A stretch of DNA of 62,620 nucleotides, counting the filler, from Squatina squatina (lineage: Eukaryota): the NCBI GenBank assembly GCA_031763465.1. It is 3 parts of 3 records of this genome, joined end to end, with 100 filler letters (N's around TTAATTAATTAA, not from the genome) between each part and the next. Parts side by side here need not be neighbours in the genome. Positions count along the whole stretch, not along the records: positions 47,243 to 62,620 come from JARFOE010000004.1; 2 more parts are not named here. One strand, given 5' to 3'. Position 1 is the stretch's first letter, and each line of letters begins with the position of its first letter. Below, piece by piece: positions 48,387 through 60,195 of this stretch. The notes beneath the pieces were generated by a model, which made no database searches, was not told where the DNA came from, and worked only from the letters and a program-made list of their open reading frames with translations. Position numbers and translations under genes: made by a program.

Positions 48387-49867
48387 TCTTCTTATCTAAG
48401 GTATTTAATGAAAGCTAATTAAGTATAAGTCGCACCAACACAGAAAGTAGAAGGCAATTATTAGATGAGCAGAAAAGTATGAAAAATGTATCAAAATACT
48501 TTGCACCTCAGTGGTTCCTCATATGGTCTCTTTAAGCTTTACATGCTACTTTTTTTTCCAATTGGCACCTAACTTACAGTTGTAGTATTTTCTGTTTCAG
48601 AGGTACAGCATTTTGTAGATACCTCATTCCAGGAAAAACCAGCACTCTGCAACCTAACTTAGAGGAAAAGAAAAACGTATTAAAGATTTCAAGAATTCCC
48701 TCAGCAACCACAGCGTTGAAATAGTGACACCAAAAATGTCCCTACAATTGTCTATTTGTCAGTGAAATCCTCTTTGATTAAGCATTGCTTCTTTAAATAA
48801 TTAACATTAACTCATTAGTTTGACAAATTATGTCACTGAAGTAGCTAATGTTTGATATTTTTTACGAAGAGGTATCACCGCCGTGCAAAGGTATTCGGGA
48901 AAAGCTTCTGCTTCGTACTAATAAACATGATGAGTTGACATTGCTTACTTTGAAAAGGGCAGTTACATTCTAAAAAATACTTGTGTTATTTGCACCATGA
49001 TTTACAGCTTTTCCACCTTTCTTCCCTCCTCAAAATATGAAGAATCACTTCTTAATTTACCTTTCATGCAAGTTAATCTTTAGGTAATACTGTACAAATG
49101 GATTAACAGGAAGATTTTAGGTTGTGCCATTTTTGAGGAAGATCACAATTCCCTCAACGATCTACTACTTACGAGTTATGATGTGTTTCTCACAAGTGGT
49201 AAGAACGTTCAGTTTGATTGTTATTCTGCTTGNNNNNNNNNNNNNNNNNNNNNNNNNNNNNNNNNNNNNNNNNNNNNNNNNNNNNNNNNNNNNNNNNNNN
49301 NNNNNNNNNNNNNNNNNNNNNNNNNNNNNNNNTGCAATCCTTCATTGCATTGCTAGCGATGTTCTGAAAACTCCTACATTCCAAGGTAATTTGTTGGGCA
49401 ACAAATTGTCTTTATTTGGCTAATTTTGGTATTAATGCGATATTACAATAATTCAACAGGCTATTCAAATCAGCACAATTGAATAAAGAGAAGATTTCAG
49501 GTTAACTGGTAACGACTAAATTCAACTATTTCATGATGGCCATATCTGAGGAAAGTAAAGTGATACTCAAGGAAACCAACTGGACAAGATCAGCAAGAGG
49601 ATGAGGGCGAGTTGGAGGATTTACCTGTTCAACCTGGAAAAATTGGAGAAATAAAACAGCTGGTTTTAACCTGACCGTAATATTTTTAGCATCCTTTTCT
49701 GTAGAAATTTGAAACCTTTGAAATGGAGGAAAAGTTGGGAACAATAGTATTTATAAAACTCCTGCAGAATTGGAGGGTACAGAAAAGTAGGTGGTCAATT
49801 TTATTTATAAAAATCAAAAGAGTATGTAGTTCATCACTGACTATATACATTTGGCTGTATACATTAC

Positions 49868-49952
49868 CTGTGGCTATGCCATCAAAAAGTGACAGTACTC
49901 GAACGGGTTTTCTCTTCTCAGCGACGATGGGTGCATACAACTTTGGTGGGTC
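49868..49952 (-). CDS. DNMT3A: DNMT3A-type exon, 85 nt, SAM-binding motif I
   Basis: Reads [28 protein letters not shown](G). AG/GT boundaries. Confidence 0.95.
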
Positions 49953-50433
49953 CTGCAAATTTAAACAAATAAAAATATTAAAAGAATTTCAGAGTAGTAC
50001 TTGACATTTCAGAGAAATCACTTGGCACACTAGATTAAACGAGTTGATCTCTCCAAGTTAATTTCATTACGAATTGCAAACAATTGGCTTTCTTTATCTT
50101 TTTTTTATACTTTTTTTGAAATGTGAGGCAGAAATTCGTACAGACAGGTGTGATGGACAAACTCTATAACTAAATGTGGCCAGGGATGATTTACCCTTGA
50201 GTTTCCACATCTCTATGAGGATCAAGTGTGTCATGGTGTCATACACAGGCCCAGGGAGCAGATGAAGTGTATTGTGTGAATTATGCCACAGTCAGTGAAT
50301 GTCAGCTGAATTCTGTGATGGGCAACTTATANNNNNNNNNNNNNNNNNNNNNNNNNNNNNNNNNNNNNNNNNNNNNNNNNNNNNNNNNNNNNNNNNNNNN
50401 NNNNNNNNNNNNNNNNNNNNNNNNNNNNNNNAG

Positions 50434-50769
<336 letters not shown>

Positions 50770-51478
50770 TTAGGATTTTCTTAAGTTATTTAAGAACAAG
50801 GCCAACACAACTGAAATAATAAACTGCAGATTTGACACTGCTCAACACCATTAAAGGAGCAAGAAATTAAAAATTGAGAATTTCTGTTCACTACTGAATG
50901 TATTACATCACAATATGGCTTTGCAAATATTAGTGTTGATTCTTAAGAAATAATAGTGTACTTTTATCAAATGTTCTGTGCAGAAACAAACCTAACCATA
51001 GCCTGAAAATTACTGAGTGCTGTTATCATGTAGCACATTTCTGTCTGCTATTTTAACAGGGGCTACCTGCTAAAGCCATGGTTGAATTTTCCTCTGTGAC
51101 AAGTTTATTGCCAAAAGTCCATTTCAACCTGCTGCTGTCACCTTGCTCTAATCCCATCATATCTTCCTGGGTTAGTAAACTTTAATATCGAGAGTGGGTG
51201 TGGGTTGGGTGAGNNNNNNNNNNNNNNNNNNNNNNNNNNNNNNNNNNNNNNNNNNNNNNNNNNNNNNNNNNNNNNNNNNNNNNNNNNNNNNNNNNNNNNN
51301 NNNNNNNNNNNNNATATTATCCTTCCTATGTCTTGGTAACAAGAACTGAGCACAGGACAGAGCCTAACCAGCGCCATATAAAGACACATTGTATTGCAAC
51401 AAGGATCCAATAAGTTGATTTTGCATTCTGAATTTCTTCTTCTCCTTTTCCCAGTTGTAAATGCAAAATTGCTCGTAC

Positions 51479-51591
51479 CTGCAACAATTATTGTTTCCGC
51501 ACATGAGTACCTCCCTGCCCCCACAGCAGATGGTACAGTAGGATTGGTAACCGTCATCATCGTACTGGTATGCACACTCCAAGAAGCAATT
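51479..51591 (-). CDS. DNMT3A: DNMT3A-type exon, 113 nt, ADD domain
   Basis: Reads [37 protein letters not shown](R). AG/GT boundaries. Confidence 0.96.
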
Positions 51592-52139
51592 CTGAAAACA
51601 ACCACAGCATGATTAGGAATTCCACAATCAAATGATTAGGTTGTACTTTCTTTAGCCTTTGGCTGCACCTTAAAATGTGAGCTAGTGCAATGGTGCTGGC
51701 TCTTGGATTATCTGTGCCACTCAGTGCTTGGAGCATACCTTCAAATGGCTTCACTTAAACATCTGCAAATTCTTCCACCACATTAAGCTTTGATTTAACA
51801 CCAAATTATATTTGTAATTTTCTTTTAAAGTTGCCCATCCCAATCTCTCTCTCTAAGTATTTCAAAAATAAACAACTGCACTTCAGGGATGTAACTGAAA
51901 ACTGATTATGGTACATGCGTGTAGTAGGGGACTTACTTGTCTACTTTGCTGCTATAGGTAACCGAGAAGCTTTTGTTTGTAGACGTGTTGGACTTGCCAA
52001 TTAAGTACATAACCCAACTTCTGTTCTGAAATAAATGATCTGTTAATGGTAATTTCAGTAAGATCAACTTAATTGTTTAATCTGATTATTAGTATATTAA
52101 AAGTTAACCTATGGAATTCCAATTTTAAAGTATTTCTGT

Positions 52140-52421
52140 TGAGGGACTCGTTTGATCAGACCCCACCAAGAGTACTGCATTAAATTCTGGGCATTGCACC
52201 TCAGAAAGGATATATTGTCCTTGGAGGGGGTGCAGCGCAGATTCACTATGATACCAGGGCCAAAAGGCTTAAATTATCAGGACTAGTTGCATAAATTAGG
52301 TTGTTTTCCCTTGAGTAGAGAAGATTAAGGGGTGTTTAAGATGATTAAAGGATTTGAAAGGGTAGATAGAGAGAAACTATTTACTCTAGTGGGCGAGTCC
52401 AGAGCAAGGGGGCATACCCTC
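52140..52421 (+). mobile_element. CR1 LINE ORF2 C-terminal fragment
   Basis: Degenerate RKDILSLEGVQRRFT and VFKMIKGFERVDREKLF. Confidence 0.85.
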
Positions 52422-53147
52422 NNNNNNNNNNNNNNNNNNNNNNNNNNNNNNNNNNNNNNNNNNNNNNNNNNNNNNNNNNNNNNNNNNNNNNNNNNNNNNN
52501 NNNNNNNNNNNNNNNNNNNNNAAGTAAATCTGTGGTGCTCTCAAGCACTTCCTAGAAGCCAACTCAAAGAGTGACATTGGTAGAGGCCTGAACCAGGCTA
52601 CCGGCCCGTCCTCTCAGTCAGGAAATGGTGGGCGATGACCTAGAGAAAGGAAAAAAGAGGACTGAAAATAGATAGTAATTCTCTTAAAGGGATATGCCCA
52701 TGGTGGTGGTGGAAAGGGGAGGGGATGTATTTTACATGTGTGTGAGTGTGTCCCACAGAGATAGGTTTGAAACCACTACAGAAAAATAATCAAAAATAAG
52801 CAGAAAAGGTGCCCAGTTTGTCCCAGAGGCAGTGATTTGACACAAGCAGATGCAAGATAGACATGAAGAAGGGAAGAAGCTTACACACGAGTACCTTTCC
52901 CTTTTCACCTTACATTTCACATCTGTTTCAATCAAGTGACTGTCTACTATGATCTATGGAAGATGCCCACAACTAATTATTAGTTTTCAATTATTCTTGT
53001 TTTAAGCCCAATACTGTGTGGCACACACTGTGGTGGGGAAGTGGAAGATACTTTCCATTTAAAGTACTTCCTCCCCCCCCTCCAATATATTCCCCATTAA
53101 CCCTTTGAGTACTCGCTGTCCTTTGCAGCTTTCACAATATGTACCTA

Positions 53148-54413
53148 GGGCCCTATTTTCAAACCTTTTGCTGTTTTGAAATGTTATTTGCAGAGTNNNN
53201 NNNNNNNNNNNNNNNNNNNNNNNNNNNNNNNNNNNNNNNNNNNNNNNNNNNNNNNNNNNNNNNNNNNNNNNNNNNNNNNNNNNNNNNNNNNNNNNNCACG
53301 CAGTACTCTAGCATTTTTTCAAGCATAACCTCCATGTTTTTTCTATGCCCCGACTGATAAAGGCAAGTATCCCGTATGCCTTCTTAACCACCTTATCTGG
53401 CTGTCCTGCCACCTTCAGGGATCTGTGGACATGCACAACAAGGTCCCTCTGTTCCTCAGCACTTCTCAGTGTTCGACCACTTATTGTATGTTCCCTTGCC
53501 TTGTTAGCCCTCCCCAAATGCATTACTTCACACTTCTCCGGATTGAATTCCACTTGCCACTGTTCTGCCCACTGATTCCTGCAGTCTACAGCTTTCCTCT
53601 TCATTATTAACCACCCGACCAGTATCAGCAGAGCAATGTTATTTGCAGAGTGTTTGTTTTGCACATGCTGCGCTCACGTAGGTTTCATTATTTTCCCTTT
53701 GTCTGGGGCAGAGCGCATTGCAGTTGCACAAAAAAACTTCTGCAAAGATTTTCTGCAGTTTTTGGTGGCAATTCCCGTAGGATTATCGCACTGAGGATGC
53801 GATATTCGAATCCCATAAACTGCCGCAAATTGTCAGGTTTGCGTGAAAATGACTTACCCCAGTTTTAACTTGCCGTAAGCCCTGCAGAAACAAGAAACAT
53901 ACATTAAAATAAAAAAAAATGCGAATTTGTTTCACAATCTTGGGAAATAGAACAACGCACAAAAAATAACTTCTCATTCAGAGGGGTCATCTTCCCAACT
54001 GCTAGTGGTGTTTGGAGGGGCTGCCATTGTCTTCCATTTCATTTTATTTTCCCGCAAGATTTTCCTGGTTCACCAAGATTAAGAAGCGTCATTTTTTGGT
54101 TTTCTCCAATAACATAATTGATACATGATAGTGCAAAATGCGTCACTGAGCTAAAACCTGATTTATCAAGGTGCAACAGTGCGCAATTTTGAAAACTTCC
54201 CAAAAATCTTCAANNNNNNNNNNNNNNNNNNNNNNNNNNNNNNNNNNNNNNNNNNNNNNNNNNNNNNNNNNNNNNNNNNNNNNNNNNNNNNNNNNNNNNN
54301 NNNNNNNNNNNNNAATCTTCAAAAGTAAAATTTCACAGATGTTCTGCAGTGCATCTCTGCAAGTTGAGCAGCCATTGCGCAAACAAAAATGCAAACTATT
54401 GAAAATAGGGCCC
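53148..54413. mobile_element. Non-autonomous DNA transposon with 15-bp perfect TIRs, interrupted by CR1
   Basis: gggccctattttcaa (53148-53162) and ttgaaaatagggccc (54399-54413). Two internal gaps. Confidence 0.75.
53330..53575 (-). mobile_element. CR1 LINE RT fragment nested in a DNA transposon
   Basis: WAEQWQVEFNPEKCEVMHLGRANK...EQRDL...KKAYGILAFISRGIE. Confidence 0.9.
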
Positions 54414-55259
54414 ATCACATTTCACGTAACGTGAACATGTATTGTTGAGTAGTATAAGGTAAATAAGAGAGCTGTGTGAAAGCATGCATCAAGCCTTTGT
54501 TCACATTCTTATCCAAATAAACCAAAACTTTAATAAATTGTTATTTTGATTAACATAAATCTAATATATTCAACAGTCCTCAAAGGGTTTGTCTCTTTTA
54601 TAACAGCTTCTCCTCCACATGTTCTCCATCCAGAATATGCTACAACCTGTGAAAGTTCCTTAACTCTATATTAGTGGAAACAGCATAACCTGAAATTTGG
54701 GTGAACTCTGCCTTATATTTGTTTGTATAATAAGACTAAAATAAAGCAGATTTGCATCCAGACAAACTGATGCTATTGTATTTTACATATTTTAGTAAAG
54801 CAGATCTGAAATGGCCATGCACCATTTAAAAGAGGTGGGAGAATCCCATGTGATATTATTACATTTCCTTCTATTGCCGTTGGACATCTTGCATCTGCTT
54901 CACTCAAATAGCTATTTCCTGGGCTCGACAGATACCCTCTCTGATAGATCTATGTGTCCATTACAATGTTGATATTGGATAATGTCTACTTCTGTGTTTC
55001 CCCAGTGAGGTGTATTTTAATTGGGTTAATGCCTCTATCAAAATAGAATTCAGTATATGTGCGTGANNNNNNNNNNNNNNNNNNNNNNNNNNNNNNNNNN
55101 NNNNNNNNNNNNNNNNNNNNNNNNNNNNNNNNNNNNNNNNNNNNNNNNNNNNNNNNNNNNNNNNNNCAATTTACCCTTCATGGTTGTTCTTTATTTATGA
55201 ACATATTTAGTCCACTAATTTTTCTGGATTGCTGCTGAAGTGAACTGGTGAGAAAACAT

Positions 55260-55420
55260 GGCTGAATTTAACTTTCAGCAGTGGTGTAAAGTGGGCGGTA
55301 GCATACTGGCCACGTGTTATACACCCCGCCCAATTTTCCTTTCCATTGCCTTCAATTAATAATGGGTGGTCGATCTACTACCGCCTGTATTCTGTCACCG
55401 CCGAAAGTTAAAATCAGCCC
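55260..55420. mobile_element. MITE (~160 bp) with ~24-bp imperfect TIRs
   Basis: ggctgaatttaactttcagcagtg versus caccgccgaaagttaaaatcagcc, followed by TAA. Central ccattgccttcaat core. Confidence 0.75.
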
Positions 55421-55841
55421 TAACTTGTTTAACTGTTTCTGTTTGTTTTTCTTAAGGCCTCATTAATTTGTTTTGCAACATGTAGCTGAAGTTCTGTTCT
55501 ACTGACAGCAGGACTGCAGCCATGTCTGTTGCAAGAGGTACCCAGGAAACATGAATGATGATGTGCTTGGGCAGAGATATGGCCAGTTTCCTAATGATCT
55601 TATCTCTGCATCTGGTCACTCCATCACAAAAAAGAGAAAATCAGGTGGTGCGTCTGTCGTTCTACCATCACCTTTTAGGATGGCCAGCCCCCTGCCCTGA
55701 GTAAACCCCTGGTAAGATGGGGATGAATCACAAACCTGGGTATAGCCTTTCTCATGCTATTGTCAAAACTGTTGACAGTACTGCTGCTCTAAATCATCAC
55801 CAGCGATATTGTAAACCTGAAAAAGACAGATTTTCTCTTAC

Positions 55842-55921
55842 CTTACAACTTTGGCACATGCCTCCGATGAAGAGAGGGTGCTCAAGAGAAATATTTTGAC
55901 TTCCACAGGCAAGGCAGATAT
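55842..55921 (-). CDS. DNMT3A: DNMT3A-type exon, 80 nt, ADD GATA-like finger
   Basis: Reads (D)[30 protein letters not shown] boundaries. Confidence 0.94.
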
Positions 55922-56011
55922 CTGCAAACAGTGACAAGAAAATAATTAGCTTAAGCTAAACTTATTTTTGTTGTATAAAGTAATTTCTTAATGAAATGTG
56001 AATGTATTTAC

Positions 56012-56056
56012 CTTCAATGTTTCTGCTATTTTGCCGCACATCATAGACTAGCCTCT
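56012..56056 (-). CDS. DNMT3A: DNMT3A-type exon, 45 nt, start of ADD
   Basis: Reads (E)RLVYDVRQNSRNIE(D). AG/GT boundaries, in phase with the next exon. Confidence 0.92.
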
Positions 56057-56904
56057 CTGGAAAACAAGACATTTATAAAAAAATATGGTTTATGTTTCTG
56101 ATGTTCTCTTTAGTTTTCATTGCTATAGAATTAATGCACTTTTCCACTGTCAGCAACTAGTGTGAGCATCATACACTCCCAGACTATGTATAAACCCACA
56201 TGCACACTGCCAATTAGATACTGGGTGACCAGCATTAACCATTTGAGCCTAAATTTTCCACTGGCTTGAAATTCAACTGGAAGTAGGGCAGAGTGCAATT
56301 CATGCCCCACCTGATGCCAAGTAAATTACATACTTTACCGGTGTAATTTCTGATGCAAAACCTAATTTAAATATTTGGGATGAGCTCCAGGCATCAGGAA
56401 TGCCACTGAATGGGGGCCAGTGTATTCGATGGTGGAGGCGGGTGACAAAACTAGTACGCTGCTGTACGATTTAACGGCCTGCAGCAATCTAAAGGGGCAG
56501 TCATCCACCAAAATGGATTGGGAGCAAAGCACAAACGTATCTTTACAAAAATGTCTCTGAAATCTGGAGAAGGGTAGTAAGCCCCCATATTCTCTGATGC
56601 AGCTGGGTGAAGTAAGGCAGAGGAGGAAGGCCCAAATTGATGTTAGCCCCTAAGGAGAGCTGTTTGGGGCAGTGGACAAAAGTGGCCTGGGTAATGAGTG
56701 CCAACTCCAACACTCCTTGCACAGCAACTCACTGCCAAAAAAAGTCAAACCATCTCACCAGCTCAGGCAAGGTAATAAAAGCCAGCTACACATTCCAAGA
56801 GTGTACAGCACTAAGCATTTCTGCCAATTACGGTGGCCTCCCTTCTGACTGTTCCTTGGATAAGTGTTGGTATGAGTACTTCTGCCTCTGCACTCTAAGA
56901 TGTC

Positions 56905-57127
56905 AACCTTATCTCAGTGGTAAGACTCTCACCTCTGAGTCAGAAGATTGTACATTCAAGCCCCATTCCAGAGACTTGAGCACGTAATCTAGGCTGGCAC
57001 ATCAGTGCATTACTCAGGGAATGCTGCACTGTCAGAGGATCCATCTTTCAAATGTAACATTAAACTGAGGTCCATTTGCCTTCTCAGGTGGACGTAAAGA
57101 TCCCATGGCACTATTTCAAAGAAGAGC
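56905..57127 (+). mobile_element. DeuSINE 5' half
   Basis: ctcagtggtaagactctcacctctgagtcagaag...gtaaagatcccatggcactatttc. Ends in a gap. Confidence 0.8.
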
Positions 57128-58049
57128 NNNNNNNNNNNNNNNNNNNNNNNNNNNNNNNNNNNNNNNNNNNNNNNNNNNNNNNNNNNNNNNNNNNNNNNNN
57201 NNNNNNNNNNNNNNNNNNNNNNNNNNNTTCCTATACATAGGCTGTTTGCTATAGGTTGGCTGGTGAAAGGCAGTAGAAAAAGAACTCAAAGGCATCAGCT
57301 TTTCTACACAGACCTGTCAAACCAGAGAAAATTGAACTCAGTGGTTTTCACAATCATTGAGAGTACATATAACCTTTCATTCATACATCTCAAGACTGAC
57401 ATATCTGAGAAGGAGGGAAGGTGGAAAGAAAGGAAGACAGATATATTTATACAGCACTTTATCATATCACCAACAGGTCTCAGAGTACTTCACATGATGA
57501 TGTAGGCAAAGTGTCAAACTTTAATATATAAGCTGGCATTCAACCTGCTAACAGCACGGTGTGAATCAATTTTACATACCATGCAATACAGGCACTCAAA
57601 TTCTGGAGCACAAAGGGATCAGACACATTTACAGGTTCTGATGTGCCAAAATGAACATAGGGAAGAAGCTGAGCCCTACTGTATATTCTGGAATACTTAT
57701 GCACTTCCTCACTTATTCATTACGTACAGTAAATAACAATTTTAGAAATATCATCATTCTGTAAGTGAGCTTATAAATAGTCCTAGTATAACAGGTGCTA
57801 ACTCATCACATTCCCTGTGAACAATGGTGAAATATTTTACGTTTCTGCTACATGCTGCCTGTTACTTGATTTCACCATGAAAGTTTGAAAGATGGCCAAG
57901 CTGTCCAATGAGTTGGTGGATACGTATCTTGTAGCCGGTGATAAGCTGAATGGAAAGAACAGCGAGGAGCAATAAAGCAAATTAATAAAGCACTATTAAT
58001 CGAGCAAGAAGCACTGGAGGCATGCTCAGTACACAGCAGCATTAGCAGC

Positions 58050-58163
58050 TCAGCAACTTGGAGGAAGGAAGCGAATGCACTGTAGATAAATTTGCAGACG
58101 ACACAAAAATAGGTGGGAAGGCAAGTTGCGAGGAGGATACAAACATTTTACAGAGAGATATTG
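58050..58163 (+). mobile_element. CR1 LINE RT fragment
   Basis: KFADDTKIGG...LQRDI. Runs into a ~1-kb gap. Confidence 0.85.
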
Positions 58164-59168
58164 NNNNNNNNNNNNNNNNNNNNNNNNNNNNNNNNNNNNN
58201 NNNNNNNNNNNNNNNNNNNNNNNNNNNNNNNNNNNNNNNNNNNNNNNNNNNNNNNNNNNNNNNNNNNNNNNNNNNNNNNNNNNNNNNNNNNNNNNNNNNN
58301 NNNNNNNNNNNNNNNNNNNNNNNNNNNNNNNNNNNNNNNNNNNNNNNNNNNNNNNNNNNNNNNNNNNNNNNNNNNNNNNNNNNNNNNNNNNNNNNNNNNN
58401 NNNNNNNNNNNNNNNNNNNNNNNNNNNNNNNNNNNNNNNNNNNNNNNNNNNNNNNNNNNNNNNNNNNNNNNNNNNNNNNNNNNNNNNNNNNNNNNNNNNN
58501 NNNNNNNNNNNNNNNNNNNNNNNNNNNNNNNNNNNNNNNNNNNNNNNNNNNNNNNNNNNNNNNNNNNNNNNNNNNNNNNNNNNNNNNNNNNNNNNNNNNN
58601 NNNNNNNNNNNNNNNNNNNNNNNNNNNNNNNNNNNNNNNNNNNNNNNNNNNNNNNNNNNNNNNNNNNNNNNNNNNNNNNNNNNNNNNNNNNNNNNNNNNN
58701 NNNNNNNNNNNNNNNNNNNNNNNNNNNNNNNNNNNNNNNNNNNNNNNNNNNNNNNNNNNNNNNNNNNNNNNNNNNNNNNNNNNNNNNNNNNNNNNNNNNN
58801 NNNNNNNNNNNNNNNNNNNNNNNNNNNNNNNNNNNNNNNNNNNNNNNNNNNNNNNNNNNNNNNNNNNNNNNNNNNNNNNNNNNNNNNNNNNNNNNNNNNN
58901 NNNNNNNNNNNNNNNNNNNNNNNNNNNNNNNNNNNNNNNNNNNNNNNNNNNNNNNNNNNNNNNNNNNNNNNNNNNNNNNNNNNNNNNNNNNNNNNNNNNN
59001 NNNNNNNNNNNNNNNNNNNNNNNNNNNNNNNNNNNNNNNNNNNNNNNNNNNNNNNNNNNNNNNNNNNNNNNNNNNNNNNNNNNNNNNNNNNNNNNNNNNN
59101 NNNNNNNNNNNNNNNNNNNNNNNNNNNNNNNNNNNNNNNNNNNNNNNNNNNTTCTACTCTCATAGTCA

Positions 59169-59474
<306 letters not shown>

Positions 59475-59680
59475 CTAACCATTACTTCACCGTGAAGGAA
59501 TATTGCATGCCTGAATTCTCCAAATGCACTTCTGACAGGTGAAAAGCTCTGTGTCAGGAACACAAATTTGTACAAGTACTCCTTATGTACCAATCTCTGT
59601 GATCTCCAGCTCTGGTTCCAACCAGTTACTATCACAACCTTTCTCTGAAGGATTTACTTTTAAATATTATAGAATCATAA

Positions 59681-60195
59681 GGGGCACAATTCAGCTATGG
59701 TTTTGCCCTGTTAGTACTTCTGACGGTCACTAACAGGGCTAAAATACACAAAATGGCGCTGGGAGGTGGCCATCTTGCTTCCCGGAGAATTCCCCTGAGG
59801 CGCAAAGGCGTTTGTGCCTCGCCCGGGGAATTCCGCGGTGGGTCAGTGAATGACTTCATTAAAATGCGTGCGTCCCGCAGGTGGAATTCACCCATGGGAT
59901 GTGGCCACAGCGCCGGTCGGTTGCAGTGACCGTGAAACCTGTCGCTGCAACGGGCCTCTTAAAGGGGTGGGCCAAAGCGCCAGTGACTCTCATCTTTTAT
60001 TTGTTGGCCGACTGACCCACAGCCGGATTGGCCACCATCCACTCATCTGGCATGCCAGGCTGGTGGCCCGGTCGCTGGTGGCCCAGTTGCAGGCTGCGGG
60101 GGCACCGTCAGGGAGGCCAAGTACGCACGTGACGTCAGCGCACTGTGATGCAGACGCGCTGCGCTGACGGCGCCAGTATGATGCTGATGCCACGA
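59681..60195 (+). mobile_element. GC/CpG-rich Harbinger-type left end inside a DNMT3A intron
   Basis: TAA followed by ggggcacaattc terminus, sharp GC rise, cttaaaggg motif. Ends in a gap. Confidence 0.55.
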
